Of a stretch of DNA of 64,000 nt, positions 9,149 through 18,100 are shown one piece after another. The notes under the pieces were generated by a model. It saw only the letters and a list, made by a program, of their open reading frames with translations. It was not told the DNA's origin and did not search any database. The position numbers and the translations under genes are program-made. Every line of letters starts with the position of its first letter. Positions within the stretch are counted from its first letter, which is position 1. The stretch lies in IMG/VR virus record IMGVR_UViG_3300023174_000039, positions 124,001 to 188,000 of that record. The stretch is one strand, 5' to 3'.

Positions 9149-9293
9149 AGACCCAGAAACCGGCGATCTCATGCTGGATCTGGGTATGGAGTTGTGCGCC
9201 GAACTTGGGTGGCAAGAAGGCGACACACTCGACTGGCAAGACAACAAGGATGGCTCATGGATGATTCGAAAGATATCTCCTTCTCAAACTTAA
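9111..9293 (+). CDS. AbrB/MazE-like small DNA-binding protein
   Basis: GDLMLDLGMELCAELGWQEGDTLDW swapped-hairpin pattern. Confidence 0.6.
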   Translation: MTAMTAKIVNVVEDPETGDLMLDLGMELCAELGWQEGDTLDWQDNKDGSWMIRKISPSQT

Positions 9294-9766
9294 CAGACAC
9301 AATTTCTGCACAAGACTACAATTATAACACAATAGATTTGACAGATCTCAATAGTGGTATCACGGTGGCCAGCCCGACATACACCATGGCTCCAATGACA
9401 GTAAGCATGCCTACTATATCAATCAGTAGTATTACTGGTGCCAATGCGGGATATTCCAACACCATGTGGACCACAGGTACATCAGGGTTAAATGGTACGA
9501 GTGCCGCTGATCTAAATCAATCGGGCATGCTGAGTCTCCGAGGTAAAAATGCCGACATTGATATCAATGGCAAGAGCTTGATGAAAACTCTAGAAGCATT
9601 AGAGGAAAGATTAAATCTAATGACTCCCAATCCCGAACTTGAAAAAGAGTGGAATGACTTGAAGAAACTGGGCGATCGGTATCGTAAGTTGGAGAAGAAG
9701 TGCAAAGAAAAAGCCGAAATATGGAACAAACTCAAATCCATGCCCAAACCCAACGTAAAATTATGA
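9257..9766 (+). CDS. hypothetical protein with a Thr/Ser-rich N-terminus and coiled-coil C-terminus
   Basis: GKNADIDINGKSL...LEERL...PNPELEKEW. Confidence 0.7.
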   Translation: MDDSKDISFSNLTDTISAQDYNYNTIDLTDLNSGITVASPTYTMAPMTVSMPTISISSITGANAGYSNTMWTTGTSGLNGTSAADLNQSGMLSLRGKNADIDINGKSLMKTLEALEERLNLMTPNPELEKEWNDLKKLGDRYRKLEKKCKEKAEIWNKLKSMPKPNVKL

Positions 9767-10581
9767 CATCAAAACAAAGAATCAAACATATCTCTAAATG
9801 GATCAAAACATACGCTACCAAGAACAAGATTTCAACTCTTGTGGTGGGCATTTCAGGTGGCATTGACAGTTCGGTTGTGAGTGCCTTGTGCGCCGAAACT
9901 GGACTCAAAACCATTGTGGTACAGATGCCAATCCGTCAGGCCAAAACCTTGGACAACCGCAGTTCAATGCAAGCCAGTTGGTTGTTGGAACGCTACAAAG
10001 ACAACGTCACACACATGAGCTTGGATTTGACTCCTGTGTATGCCGCATTTGAGAAAAAGGTTGGACCATTCTGTTCAGTAGAACAAGAACCCAACCAATC
10101 TGAACAATTGGCATTTGCCAACAGCCGTGCTAGACTGCGCATGATGACCCTGTACCAAATTGCACAAAGCCATGGTGGTATTGTGGTAGGCACAGGCAAC
10201 AAGGTAGAAGACTTTGGTGTGGGCTTCTACACCAAGTATGGTGATGGTGGAGTGGACATCAGTCCTATTGGTGACTGTCTCAAAACCCAAGTTTGGGACA
10301 TGGGCAGAGAATTTGGCTTGCCACAAGAAATCATTGATGCTGCACCAACCGATGGATTATGGACAGACGGCCGCACAGACGAAGATCAATTGGGCATGAG
10401 CTATCCTGAATTGGAACGAGCCATGGCCAATGACGAGCTAGAGCGACAGGATGTGTACAACACCTTGCCCATAGAATTAGGCCGGGAAGAACGAGCACAA
10501 CTCAAGAAGTATCGTGCTATCCGTGCTCGAAACCTGCACAAGATGTTGCCGATCCCGGTTTGTGAGATCAAAACACAATGA
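9763..10581 (+). CDS. nadE: NH3-dependent NAD+ synthetase
   Basis: [41 protein letters not shown] and DEDQLG motifs. Confidence 0.95.
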   Translation: MTSKQRIKHISKWIKTYATKNKISTLVVGISGGIDSSVVSALCAETGLKTIVVQMPIRQAKTLDNRSSMQASWLLERYKDNVTHMSLDLTPVYAAFEKKVGPFCSVEQEPNQSEQLAFANSRARLRMMTLYQIAQSHGGIVVGTGNKVEDFGVGFYTKYGDGGVDISPIGDCLKTQVWDMGREFGLPQEIIDAAPTDGLWTDGRTDEDQLGMSYPELERAMANDELERQDVYNTLPIELGREERAQLKKYRAIRARNLHKMLPIPVCEIKTQ

Positions 10582-10901
10582 CCTATGTTGTCACAGAAGC
10601 ATGTGTAAAATGCAAGTATACCGATTGTGTCAACGTCTGCCCTGTAGACTGTTTCAAAATGGGTCCCAACTTCCTGGTTATTGATCCAGACGAATGCATC
10701 GACTGTGCAGTGTGTGTGCCCGAATGTCCTGTGGATGCCATTTATGCCGAAGAGGATCTGCCAGAGGATCAGCTGGAGTTTGTACAAATCAATCGTGAAC
10801 TGGCTCTTTTGTGGCCCACTATTACCAAATCAATCGCACCACTAGATGATGCCGAACACTGGGCAACGGTAAAACTCAAACGTCATTTACTTGACAAATA
10901 A
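10578..10901 (+). CDS. fdxA: 7Fe ferredoxin (FdxA family)
   Basis: [26 protein letters not shown]...[12 protein letters not shown]. Confidence 0.93.
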   Translation: MTYVVTEACVKCKYTDCVNVCPVDCFKMGPNFLVIDPDECIDCAVCVPECPVDAIYAEEDLPEDQLEFVQINRELALLWPTITKSIAPLDDAEHWATVKLKRHLLDK

Positions 10902-10919
10902 CACACTCTAGTGTATACT
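10891..10919 (+). promoter_or_regulatory. sigma70-type promoter
   Basis: TTGACA-17 nt-TATACT. Confidence 0.75.
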
Positions 10920-11015
10920 GTATTGAGTGGAATAACTATCCACTTAATGGCAGTAATGAAGCATTTTGGCCCGGTCTGACCGGGGATCTCAACCCAAGTG
11001 AGTAAGTAAAAGCCT

Positions 11016-11594
11016 ATGGAAACAAACTTAACATTAACCAAATTTGACTTTGTGCCTTGGATTTCACGGTTCTTTAAAACTGTGGGACTCGTGGCAGTGG
11101 CAGTGGCAGTCGTGGCAGTTTGTGACGCTCGCTTAGAAAGTCTACGTAATGCGCAAAATGCCATGCCACCAGGGTATGTCACTGCCGCAGAACAAACACG
11201 CCAATTAGAGTGCCTAACACGCAACATCTATTGGGAAGCCGCAAGCGAGCCTTTTGAAGGCAAAGTAGCAGTGGCCCAGGTCACACTGAACCGTATGCAA
11301 TCGGGCAAGTTCCCAGATTCAGTCTGCGGTGTAGTACATCAAAAGAATGTGTTTTACGAAAAAGTTGTGTGTCAGTTCTCGTGGTATTGTGAAGGCAATC
11401 ACAAGATGAAACCAGTACACAAACCCTTGTGGCGTGAATCAGAAGAAGTGGCCAAAAAGGTCTTGCTGGAAGGCTTTCGCTTGCCCAGTTTGAAGAACGC
11501 ACTTTACTATCACGCTGACTATGTAAATCCCGGATGGAAGCATCCTAAAATTGAGCAAATCGGACATCATATTTTCTACGGAGAGCGCAAATGA
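11016..11594 (+). CDS. cell wall hydrolase (Hydrolase_2/SleB family), membrane-anchored
   Basis: CLTRNIYWEAASE...AVAQVTLNR...CQFSW...YYHADYVNPGW...IGHHIFY. Confidence 0.92.
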   Translation: METNLTLTKFDFVPWISRFFKTVGLVAVAVAVVAVCDARLESLRNAQNAMPPGYVTAAEQTRQLECLTRNIYWEAASEPFEGKVAVAQVTLNRMQSGKFPDSVCGVVHQKNVFYEKVVCQFSWYCEGNHKMKPVHKPLWRESEEVAKKVLLEGFRLPSLKNALYYHADYVNPGWKHPKIEQIGHHIFYGERK

Positions 11595-11887
11595 ATATCG
11601 AATCGGTACGTAACTTTCTTTCAACAACACTGACCAAAATCTCTGCAGAAACCCTGGGTTGGCTGGCAGCCATTGTGATCCATGCCGCAACTGTTCCTAC
11701 TCTGATTGCCCTAATGACCGGGCTTTCAGATCGCACACCCAATTTGGATATTGTGCTGTTTGCCTGGGCAGGTTTGGTGCTAATGTTCTTTAGAGCAGTG
11801 GTGCTCAAAGACCTGCTAAACATCATCACAATTGGCCTGGGCTTTATAGTGCAGGCTGTGTTGATGGCCTTGATCTTGTTCAAATAA
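11591..11887 (+). CDS. three-TM membrane protein (possibly PQ-loop-like)
   Basis: Hydrophobic 98 aa. Confidence 0.7.
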   Translation: MNIESVRNFLSTTLTKISAETLGWLAAIVIHAATVPTLIALMTGLSDRTPNLDIVLFAWAGLVLMFFRAVVLKDLLNIITIGLGFIVQAVLMALILFK

Positions 11888-11890
11888 CAG

Positions 11891-11919
11891 TTGACCACTA
11901 AATCCTGTTATGCTACAAT
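11891..11919 (+). promoter_or_regulatory. sigma70-type promoter (leaderless)
   Basis: TTGACC-17 nt-TACAAT; ATG 6 nt downstream. Confidence 0.7.
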
Positions 11920-11925
11920 AACAGC

Positions 11926-12189
11926 ATGAAACTTGTACATCCTCACTGTAATTTTGTTGTAGATACTGGCCCTTGGACACAGGATCTCATGGACATACTG
12001 GAAGGCAGGCACAAAGTAGGAGACTTTATTGAGGCTCGCAACGAACTGTCGGCTCGTCACGAACGCTGGGTAAAATGGCTGATCCAACACGGCTACGAAG
12101 CAGGCCGACACTACTGGACCTGCAAAGAAGGCTTTCGTTTTTCTTCTGGTGGCATTGCCATAGCATTCGCATTAGGGATAACAAAATGA
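11926..12189 (+). CDS. hypothetical phage protein
   Basis: 87 aa ending FRFSSGGIAIAFALG. Confidence 0.7.
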   Translation: MKLVHPHCNFVVDTGPWTQDLMDILEGRHKVGDFIEARNELSARHERWVKWLIQHGYEAGRHYWTCKEGFRFSSGGIAIAFALGITK

Positions 12190-12410
12190 TCAAGAGTGGT
12201 CGATCTGTTAAAACTCTGCGTCCTGGAGATCCAGACTTCACATTCTCACCGGATGGCATTCAAATAGTGTCACGAGCGGCATTTGAGATCAGCAATAACT
12301 GTCCTGCTGAATACAAGAGTATCTTTATCACTGCCATCAACGCAGGGTGGCTCAAACCTGTGGCCTACATGCGAGACACCGAATATACCATGGAGTTATT
12401 ACGAAAATGA
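12186..12410 (+). CDS. hypothetical phage protein
   Basis: ATGA coupling at 12186. Confidence 0.65.
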   Translation: MIKSGRSVKTLRPGDPDFTFSPDGIQIVSRAAFEISNNCPAEYKSIFITAINAGWLKPVAYMRDTEYTMELLRK

Positions 12411-12550
12411 TATAGATCAAGATCCTGTTGACATCAAGTATTCAGAAGAGTACGATGCCTACTACAATCAAAAGACCAACGAGTGGACCGAACCCAGGTG
12501 TGATGATCCTGCTTGTGAGTACTGTGCCAAGCGTCCAGATCATCCTCTAG

Positions 12551-12579
12551 TTGACAAATAAATTCGGGCATGCTATAAT
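12551..12579 (+). promoter_or_regulatory. consensus sigma70 promoter
   Basis: TTGACA-17 nt-TATAAT. Confidence 0.85.
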
Positions 12580-12603
12580 ACACACATACTTTGGAGATAC
12601 TCA

Positions 12604-12996
12604 ATGAGCATGCACCTACATCATCCTGCGCTTTCCTACAACGGCAAGAAGCGCGGCAAGATCAAATTCCGCAACGCAGAAGAAGCACGTAAGGCACGTG
12701 AGCTTGATGCAAGCTGGAAAGAGATGCAGTCCAAATGGCAATTGGATGCTGACGAAAAACGGCGCCAACGTGCGCTGGCGGCCGAGCCTCTGAGCTACAG
12801 TTTGACCACACCCATTGGTCGTAGCAACACACATGACATTCCCAGCCGAGTGACCCCAGGTTCTTCAACTGCAAGTGTGCATAAGGTCTACACCGGCACC
12901 AAGGTAAAAGGTATTGCTACCATGCACAAGTCAAATGCTGTGCCTGTGTTTAGTGATGAAGAGGCAGTAGAAATCTCCCGCATGCGCCGTGGTTAA
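12604..12996 (+). CDS. T4-like conserved hypothetical protein
   Basis: YTGTKVKGIATMHKSNAVPVF motif; GGAG RBS. Confidence 0.75.
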   Translation: MSMHLHHPALSYNGKKRGKIKFRNAEEARKARELDASWKEMQSKWQLDADEKRRQRALAAEPLSYSLTTPIGRSNTHDIPSRVTPGSSTASVHKVYTGTKVKGIATMHKSNAVPVFSDEEAVEISRMRRG

Positions 12997-13023
12997 CTCT
13001 CCCTATAATAGAAAGGCTTACTC

Positions 13024-13287
13024 ATGAAAATCTCATCACATTTCAGTCCCGAAAGAAATCTGGAACACGAGACCTTTATCGACATGCCTGTGCGAGTGCC
13101 GGTATCTCGATGGTTGGAAAAACAGTTTGGTCGGCCGTGGCATCCTTTGGACAATCCCAAAGGACGATGGACCATGGCCTGGGCAGGTCGCAACGGCAAC
13201 TTTACGGACCTAACCAATTTTGACAAGTATCAAGTTTACTTTGCTGATCAGCAAGACTTGTGTACTTTTAAGTTGACTTTTCCGTGA
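13024..13287 (+). CDS. small hypothetical protein (F-x-F...F-x-L family)
   Basis: Ends VYFADQQDLCTFKLTFP. Confidence 0.7.
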   Translation: MKISSHFSPERNLEHETFIDMPVRVPVSRWLEKQFGRPWHPLDNPKGRWTMAWAGRNGNFTDLTNFDKYQVYFADQQDLCTFKLTFP

Positions 13288-13727
13288 TCAAGAAACGTTT
13301 ACTAACCAATAGAGGATTTGATGTTATGAGTACAGATATGTGGGAAAAACAAGAAGTTGTGCGCTTGCTCAAAGGAGCACCAGGCACACTGTACCAAGAA
13401 GCAGATGATGTCAACAAGACTATCATGCGTGATTGGATCAAGAGTTTGTTGCAAAAACAACCTATAACTGTGAATTTTACCAAAGCAGATGGCACTGACC
13501 GTGACATGAAGTGTACACTAAATCACGATCTTATTCCACCTGCACCGCCAAAGTCAAACACAGGCAGAGTTGATGGGATTATGACAGAGTCTACAAAACC
13601 CAAAAAGGAGCCCAAAGAGTCGGATCCTGCTGTGATCAAAGTGTATGATTTAGAAGCTCAAGCCTGGCGCAGTTTCCGTATGGACCGACTAAAGAAGATC
13701 ACTGCGGAATTGGTGTTCGATAAGTAA
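13284..13727 (+). CDS. WYL_2/SH3-like beta-barrel protein
   Basis: VNFTKADGTDRDMKCTL...VYDLEAQAWRSFR. Confidence 0.75.
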   Translation: MIKKRLLTNRGFDVMSTDMWEKQEVVRLLKGAPGTLYQEADDVNKTIMRDWIKSLLQKQPITVNFTKADGTDRDMKCTLNHDLIPPAPPKSNTGRVDGIMTESTKPKKEPKESDPAVIKVYDLEAQAWRSFRMDRLKKITAELVFDK

Positions 13728-13733
13728 TTGCTT

Positions 13734-13952
13734 ATGGCAAAAGAAGAAACTATAAGCATGGAAGGTAAAGTGGAGGAGATTCTACCAGCCGCTATGTTTC
13801 GCATCAAATTAGACAACGTAAACAGCATGGTCCTGGGACATCTAAGTGGACGTATGCGCACCAACAATATCAAAGTATTACTGGGCGACCGTGTGGAAAT
13901 CGAGTTCACACCCTACGATCTCACTCGTGGTCGTATTACACGTCGCAAATAA
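13734..13952 (+). CDS. infA: translation initiation factor IF-1
   Basis: [18 protein letters not shown]...GHLSGRMR...GDRV...YDLTRGRI. Confidence 0.96.
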   Translation: MAKEETISMEGKVEEILPAAMFRIKLDNVNSMVLGHLSGRMRTNNIKVLLGDRVEIEFTPYDLTRGRITRRK

Positions 13953-13959
13953 ATACAAG

Positions 13960-14508
13960 ATGGAACTACGTGACCACATCAATCTTGTAGAAGCAAGCAC
14001 CCGTCCGGCAAAACTGGAAACCACCCCTTTACCTTATGGAGTCAAAGACCTTGAACCCATAATGAGTAAAGAAACTATAGACTATCATTTTGAGCATTTG
14101 GCCAAAGGCTATGCCAAACGCTACAATGCAGGAGAAGGCAATGCGGATTTTAATCGTGCTGGCAGTTTTTTACACAACAAGTTTTTCCCTCAGCTTCGGG
14201 CTCCCAAAGGCGCCAACCGGCCCCGAGGTGCAGTACTTGCGCTCATAGAAGAACACTTCGAAACCTGGGAAGATTTCAAGGACGCTTTTAAAGAAACCGC
14301 AATGAAGATCCAAGGATCCGGTTGGGTGTATTTGAGCACCAGTGGTGCAATCAAAACCATTGCCAATCATGCTGTACGCACCGACATCTGTGTGCTGGTA
14401 GATTGGTGGGAGCATTCTTGGGCATTAGATTACCAAGCAGACAAAGAACGCTACCTAGACAATATCTGGAAGATCATTGACTGGGACGTTTGTAACGAAA
14501 GACTATAA
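13960..14508 (+). CDS. sod: Fe/Mn superoxide dismutase with an N-terminal extension
   Basis: [12 protein letters not shown] and LHN ligand segments, GSGWVYL, DWWEH; TAAATA 4 nt upstream. Confidence 0.9.
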   Translation: MELRDHINLVEASTRPAKLETTPLPYGVKDLEPIMSKETIDYHFEHLAKGYAKRYNAGEGNADFNRAGSFLHNKFFPQLRAPKGANRPRGAVLALIEEHFETWEDFKDAFKETAMKIQGSGWVYLSTSGAIKTIANHAVRTDICVLVDWWEHSWALDYQADKERYLDNIWKIIDWDVCNERL

Positions 14509-14828
14509 TGAGATTAGACACAAGTGCAGTAACCAAATTACGTGATATCCTGGCAGAAGAAAACAATCCCGAGGCAAAGCTTCGTGTGTTTGTACAGGGC
14601 GGTGGATGCTCGGGCATGCAATACGGATTCTCTTTGGAAGAAACCAAGAACGAAGACGACTTTGATTTTGTTTACGAAGATGTTGTTGTGTTGGTAGATG
14701 CCATGAGCATGCAATACTTACAAAACGCCGAGATCAAATGGAGTGATTCAGACATGGGATCAAGTTTTATAATCAGCAATCCGCAAGCCCAAACCACATG
14801 TGGTTGCGGATCTAGTTTCTCAATTTAA
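14508..14828 (+). CDS. erpA: iron-sulfur cluster insertion protein (ErpA/IscA/HesB)
   Basis: [17 protein letters not shown]...[14 protein letters not shown]. Confidence 0.92.
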   Translation: MRLDTSAVTKLRDILAEENNPEAKLRVFVQGGGCSGMQYGFSLEETKNEDDFDFVYEDVVVLVDAMSMQYLQNAEIKWSDSDMGSSFIISNPQAQTTCGCGSSFSI

Positions 14829-15427
14829 TTGTATCTTGCTTGGGTCATGTTAACCCAGGCGTTGGCTTGATAACACTGCACATAATTTTCCGTAGTGTTA
14901 TAAATCAAATCCCCATTTGACGGTGTTAGTAAATTTCTTTGAGAGCTGGTCAGTTTTGGCAATCCAATTGGTCCGCCAACAGCTGATATAGATCCTTGCG
15001 CAACAATGTTGCCTGTGGTTGAAATGTTGCCGCTCAATTGGTTTTGCACAAATGCTGTGGTAGCAATTTGACTGGTTGAAGTGCCGTTTGCGGCAGTAGG
15101 AGCAGTGGGGATTCCAGTAAATTCAGGACTTATTTTTTGTGCATCCACGTAGGCAGTGCTGGCCAATCCAATCCACACATTGCCAGTGGAATAAGAATTC
15201 AGTGTATCTGTGGTGCTGTTGTACCAAAGTTGTCCCAAAGTAGGCTGTAGCGGAGCATTGGGTGCTGCAAAATTTTCCAGCAAATACACCCAGTTTTCAT
15301 TTTCTGCAGTACCGTAATTGGTCACACCTTGACCCACCAGGCTTAAACTGGTGCTAGAGGTATTGGTAGTACCATCAGGTATTACTGCTACAATATTTCC
15401 ACGACTGTTGTTGATAATATATGACAT
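14825..15427 (-). CDS. tail/fibre-associated structural protein
   Basis: LLENFA...GQLWYNS and [10 protein letters not shown]...QIATTAFV fibre motifs; late promoter on the minus strand at 15447-15452. Confidence 0.75.
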   Translation of the reverse strand: MSYIINNSRGNIVAVIPDGTTNTSSTSLSLVGQGVTNYGTAENENWVYLLENFAAPNAPLQPTLGQLWYNSTTDTLNSYSTGNVWIGLASTAYVDAQKISPEFTGIPTAPTAANGTSTSQIATTAFVQNQLSGNISTTGNIVAQGSISAVGGPIGLPKLTSSQRNLLTPSNGDLIYNTTENYVQCYQANAWVNMTQARYN

Positions 15428-15446
15428 TGATCACTCCGACTCTGGG

Positions 15447-15496
15447 TATTTAGCCCTGCAACGACTGTAGCCCGTGGGCTGTGTATTTGGTAAATA
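15447..15496. promoter_or_regulatory. divergent T4-like late promoters (TAAATA)
   Basis: TATTTA at 15447-15452 and TAAATA at 15491-15496. Confidence 0.65.
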
Positions 15497-15515
15497 CAGC
15501 ACAAGGACTCAGAAT

Positions 15516-18098
15516 ATGGTACAGCAAGTAATCAACGTAGGTAACGTGGCTAACGATGGTGACGGTGATCCGTTACGAACTGCGTTTAGTAAAACCAACG
15601 ACAACTTCACAGAATTATTCAACATTGGCGGTATTACTGGTATTGCCAATGGAAACAGCAACATTGCCATTCTAAATAGCGGTGTTATTAACATGAGCAG
15701 TGCCGGAGTGGCCAATGTAGTAGTGGTCACAAGTACCGGGGTCAACTTCACTGGAACCACAGTGGCCAATGTTGTTAGTGCAGTTGGTAATATTTCGGGA
15801 AATTACATACTTGGTAACGGAGCACTATTAAGCAACGTTACTTCAACCACTGACGCAAATACCCTTACAGGAACCACCCTAAAATCCACAGTCATCAACT
15901 CCAGTTTGACCAGTGTTGGTACATTGGTTGCACTAAGCGTTAGCGGAAACGTGGATGGGGGCAATTTACGAACATCTGGGCAAATATCATCTGCAGGTAA
16001 CGTACTTGGGCAAAACTTAAACACAGGTGGTCAACTCAGCGCCACTGGTAATGTCACAGGCGGCAACTTTAATACTGGTGGATTAATCAGCGCAGTTGGT
16101 GCAATCTCATCAGGCGCTAATATTACCAGTAGCTATTTCATTGGTAATGGCAGACTATTATCAGGAATTAATGCCAGCACAGATGCCAATTTATTAACTG
16201 GTACAACATTAAATTCAAACATTGTTAACTCCAGTTTGACTAGCCTTGGCACACTGTTTTCATTAACTGTGGCAGCTAGTGGACTTGGCGGAAATGGCAA
16301 TGCTATTATTGGAAATATCAGTTCAGCAGGCATAGCTAGCATTGCAGGCAACATCACTGGTGGCAATTTATTAACTGGTGGCCTAATATCAGTTGGCGGC
16401 GGCATCACAGCCGGCGGCGATATCACTGGTGGTAACGTAAGCGCATCAGGCGGTGGTAATGTTGCCGGCGGTAACGTAAATGCTACAAATTCAGTAACAG
16501 GTACAATAGTCAGTGCCACAGGTAATGTGGTTGGTGGTAACATAAGAACCGCCGGCCAGGTAAGTGCCACTGGCACAATTACATCAGCAGCCAACATTGT
16601 TGCTGGTAACATCACAACCGGTGGATTGATATCTGCAACTGGTAACGTAACTGGTAACAATATCAGTGCCATTGGCAACATTGACGGCGGTAACCTACGT
16701 ACCGGCGGATTGATTTCAGTAACCGGTGCTATTACTACAGGAAGTAGCGTATTGGCTACAGGCAATATTGACGGCGGCAACATAAACTCTGTTGGGAATA
16801 TCAGCGCAGTAGCCAATGTCAAGGCTAATTTCTTCATTGGCAATGGCAGTCTGCTGAGTAATATCAATGCTGGAAACATAACCGGTGCCTACGGCAATTC
16901 AAATGTGGCTGCATACTTGCCCACATATACTGGTACTTTGGCAGCCTTAACAGGCAACGTCACAACCACTGCCAATTTACAAGGCGGCAATATATCTACT
17001 GGTGGACTGATCAGTGCAACCGGTGGTATAACAAGTTTGGCCAATATCGTAGGTGGCAACCTTACCACTACAGGTATTGCCAATATCAACACACTGGCAA
17101 TCAATGGCGCGGCCACTGTGGGATCTACCATTACAGGTGTTGGCAACATCACGGGCGGTAACTTGTTAACAGCTGGTCTGGCAAATGTAACAGGCAATAT
17201 AACCGGCGGAAATATTCTAACAGTGGGCAATGTCAGTGCCACAGCCAATGTTGTTGGGGGAAATATCAACACTGCTGGATTGGTAACAGCAACTGGTAAC
17301 ATTACAGGTGGTAATGTCAGTGCCGCAGGCAATGTTGTTGGCGGCAATATTACCACTGCAGGACTATTAAGTGCAACTGGCAATGTTACTGGTAATGTAC
17401 ACATTGGTAACGGTGCTGGATTAACATCACTTGTGGGTGCCAATGTCACAGGTACTGTGGCCAACGCCACTTATGCACTGAACTCTAATGCTGCAACCTT
17501 TGCTGGCACCGTGACCACAGCGGCACAACCAAATATTACATCAGTTGGCATACTGTCGAGTGTAACAATAACAGGTAATACCACAAGTGGAAATGTGTTA
17601 ACAGGCGGGTTAATAAGTGTTACAGGCAATATCACAGGCGGTAATTTAATCACTGGTGGTTCACTCAGCATTGGTGGTAATGTCATTGGTAATTTATTGC
17701 CAAGTGCTAACGTCACTTATGATTTAGGATCAACAACACAACGCTGGAAAGACTTGTGGTTGAGTAATAGCACAATCTATTTAGGCAACAGCACAATCAG
17801 TGCCAATGCTACTGCTATTGTTATGACCAATCCTGCAGGCGGCCAAACAGTATTGGCAGGTGCAAGTGGCAATAGTCAGGTCACTGGTGCTGTTGTTAGT
17901 GCAAGCGGTAACGTCACTGGCGGCAATTTGTTGACTGCCGGTGTAATATCAGCAACCGGTAATATCACAGGCGGTAATTTAATATCCAATGGAAACATTG
18001 CTATGCTCTCTAACATTGCTCGGTACACTTGGGTATCTAACGTTGCCCCAACAGCAGGACAAGGGTCAGTTGGTGATATTTGGTATCAGACTGTTTAA
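15516..18098 (+). CDS. long fibre/baseplate-like structural protein with GN(I/V)TGGN repeats
   Basis: T4 gp9/gp10-like N-terminus INVGNVANDGDGDPLRTAF; many Gly/Asn/Thr repeats. Confidence 0.8.
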   Translation: MVQQVINVGNVANDGDGDPLRTAFSKTNDNFTELFNIGGITGIANGNSNIAILNSGVINMSSAGVANVVVVTSTGVNFTGTTVANVVSAVGNISGNYILGNGALLSNVTSTTDANTLTGTTLKSTVINSSLTSVGTLVALSVSGNVDGGNLRTSGQISSAGNVLGQNLNTGGQLSATGNVTGGNFNTGGLISAVGAISSGANITSSYFIGNGRLLSGINASTDANLLTGTTLNSNIVNSSLTSLGTLFSLTVAASGLGGNGNAIIGNISSAGIASIAGNITGGNLLTGGLISVGGGITAGGDITGGNVSASGGGNVAGGNVNATNSVTGTIVSATGNVVGGNIRTAGQVSATGTITSAANIVAGNITTGGLISATGNVTGNNISAIGNIDGGNLRTGGLISVTGAITTGSSVLATGNIDGGNINSVGNISAVANVKANFFIGNGSLLSNINAGNITGAYGNSNVAAYLPTYTGTLAALTGNVTTTANLQGGNISTGGLISATGGITSLANIVGGNLTTTGIANINTLAINGAATVGSTITGVGNITGGNLLTAGLANVTGNITGGNILTVGNVSATANVVGGNINTAGLVTATGNITGGNVSAAGNVVGGNITTAGLLSATGNVTGNVHIGNGAGLTSLVGANVTGTVANATYALNSNAATFAGTVTTAAQPNITSVGILSSVTITGNTTSGNVLTGGLISVTGNITGGNLITGGSLSIGGNVIGNLLPSANVTYDLGSTTQRWKDLWLSNSTIYLGNSTISANATAIVMTNPAGGQTVLAGASGNSQVTGAVVSASGNVTGGNLLTAGVISATGNITGGNLISNGNIAMLSNIARYTWVSNVAPTAGQGSVGDIWYQTV

Positions 18099-18100
18099 AT

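Noticed and set aside
15509-17716. Long minus-strand ORFs opposite fibre genes (also 24764-25772 and 32223-32933)
   Set aside because: These are antisense shadows of repetitive Gly/Asn/Thr codons, giving LPPV-type low-complexity translations with no RBS or promoter.
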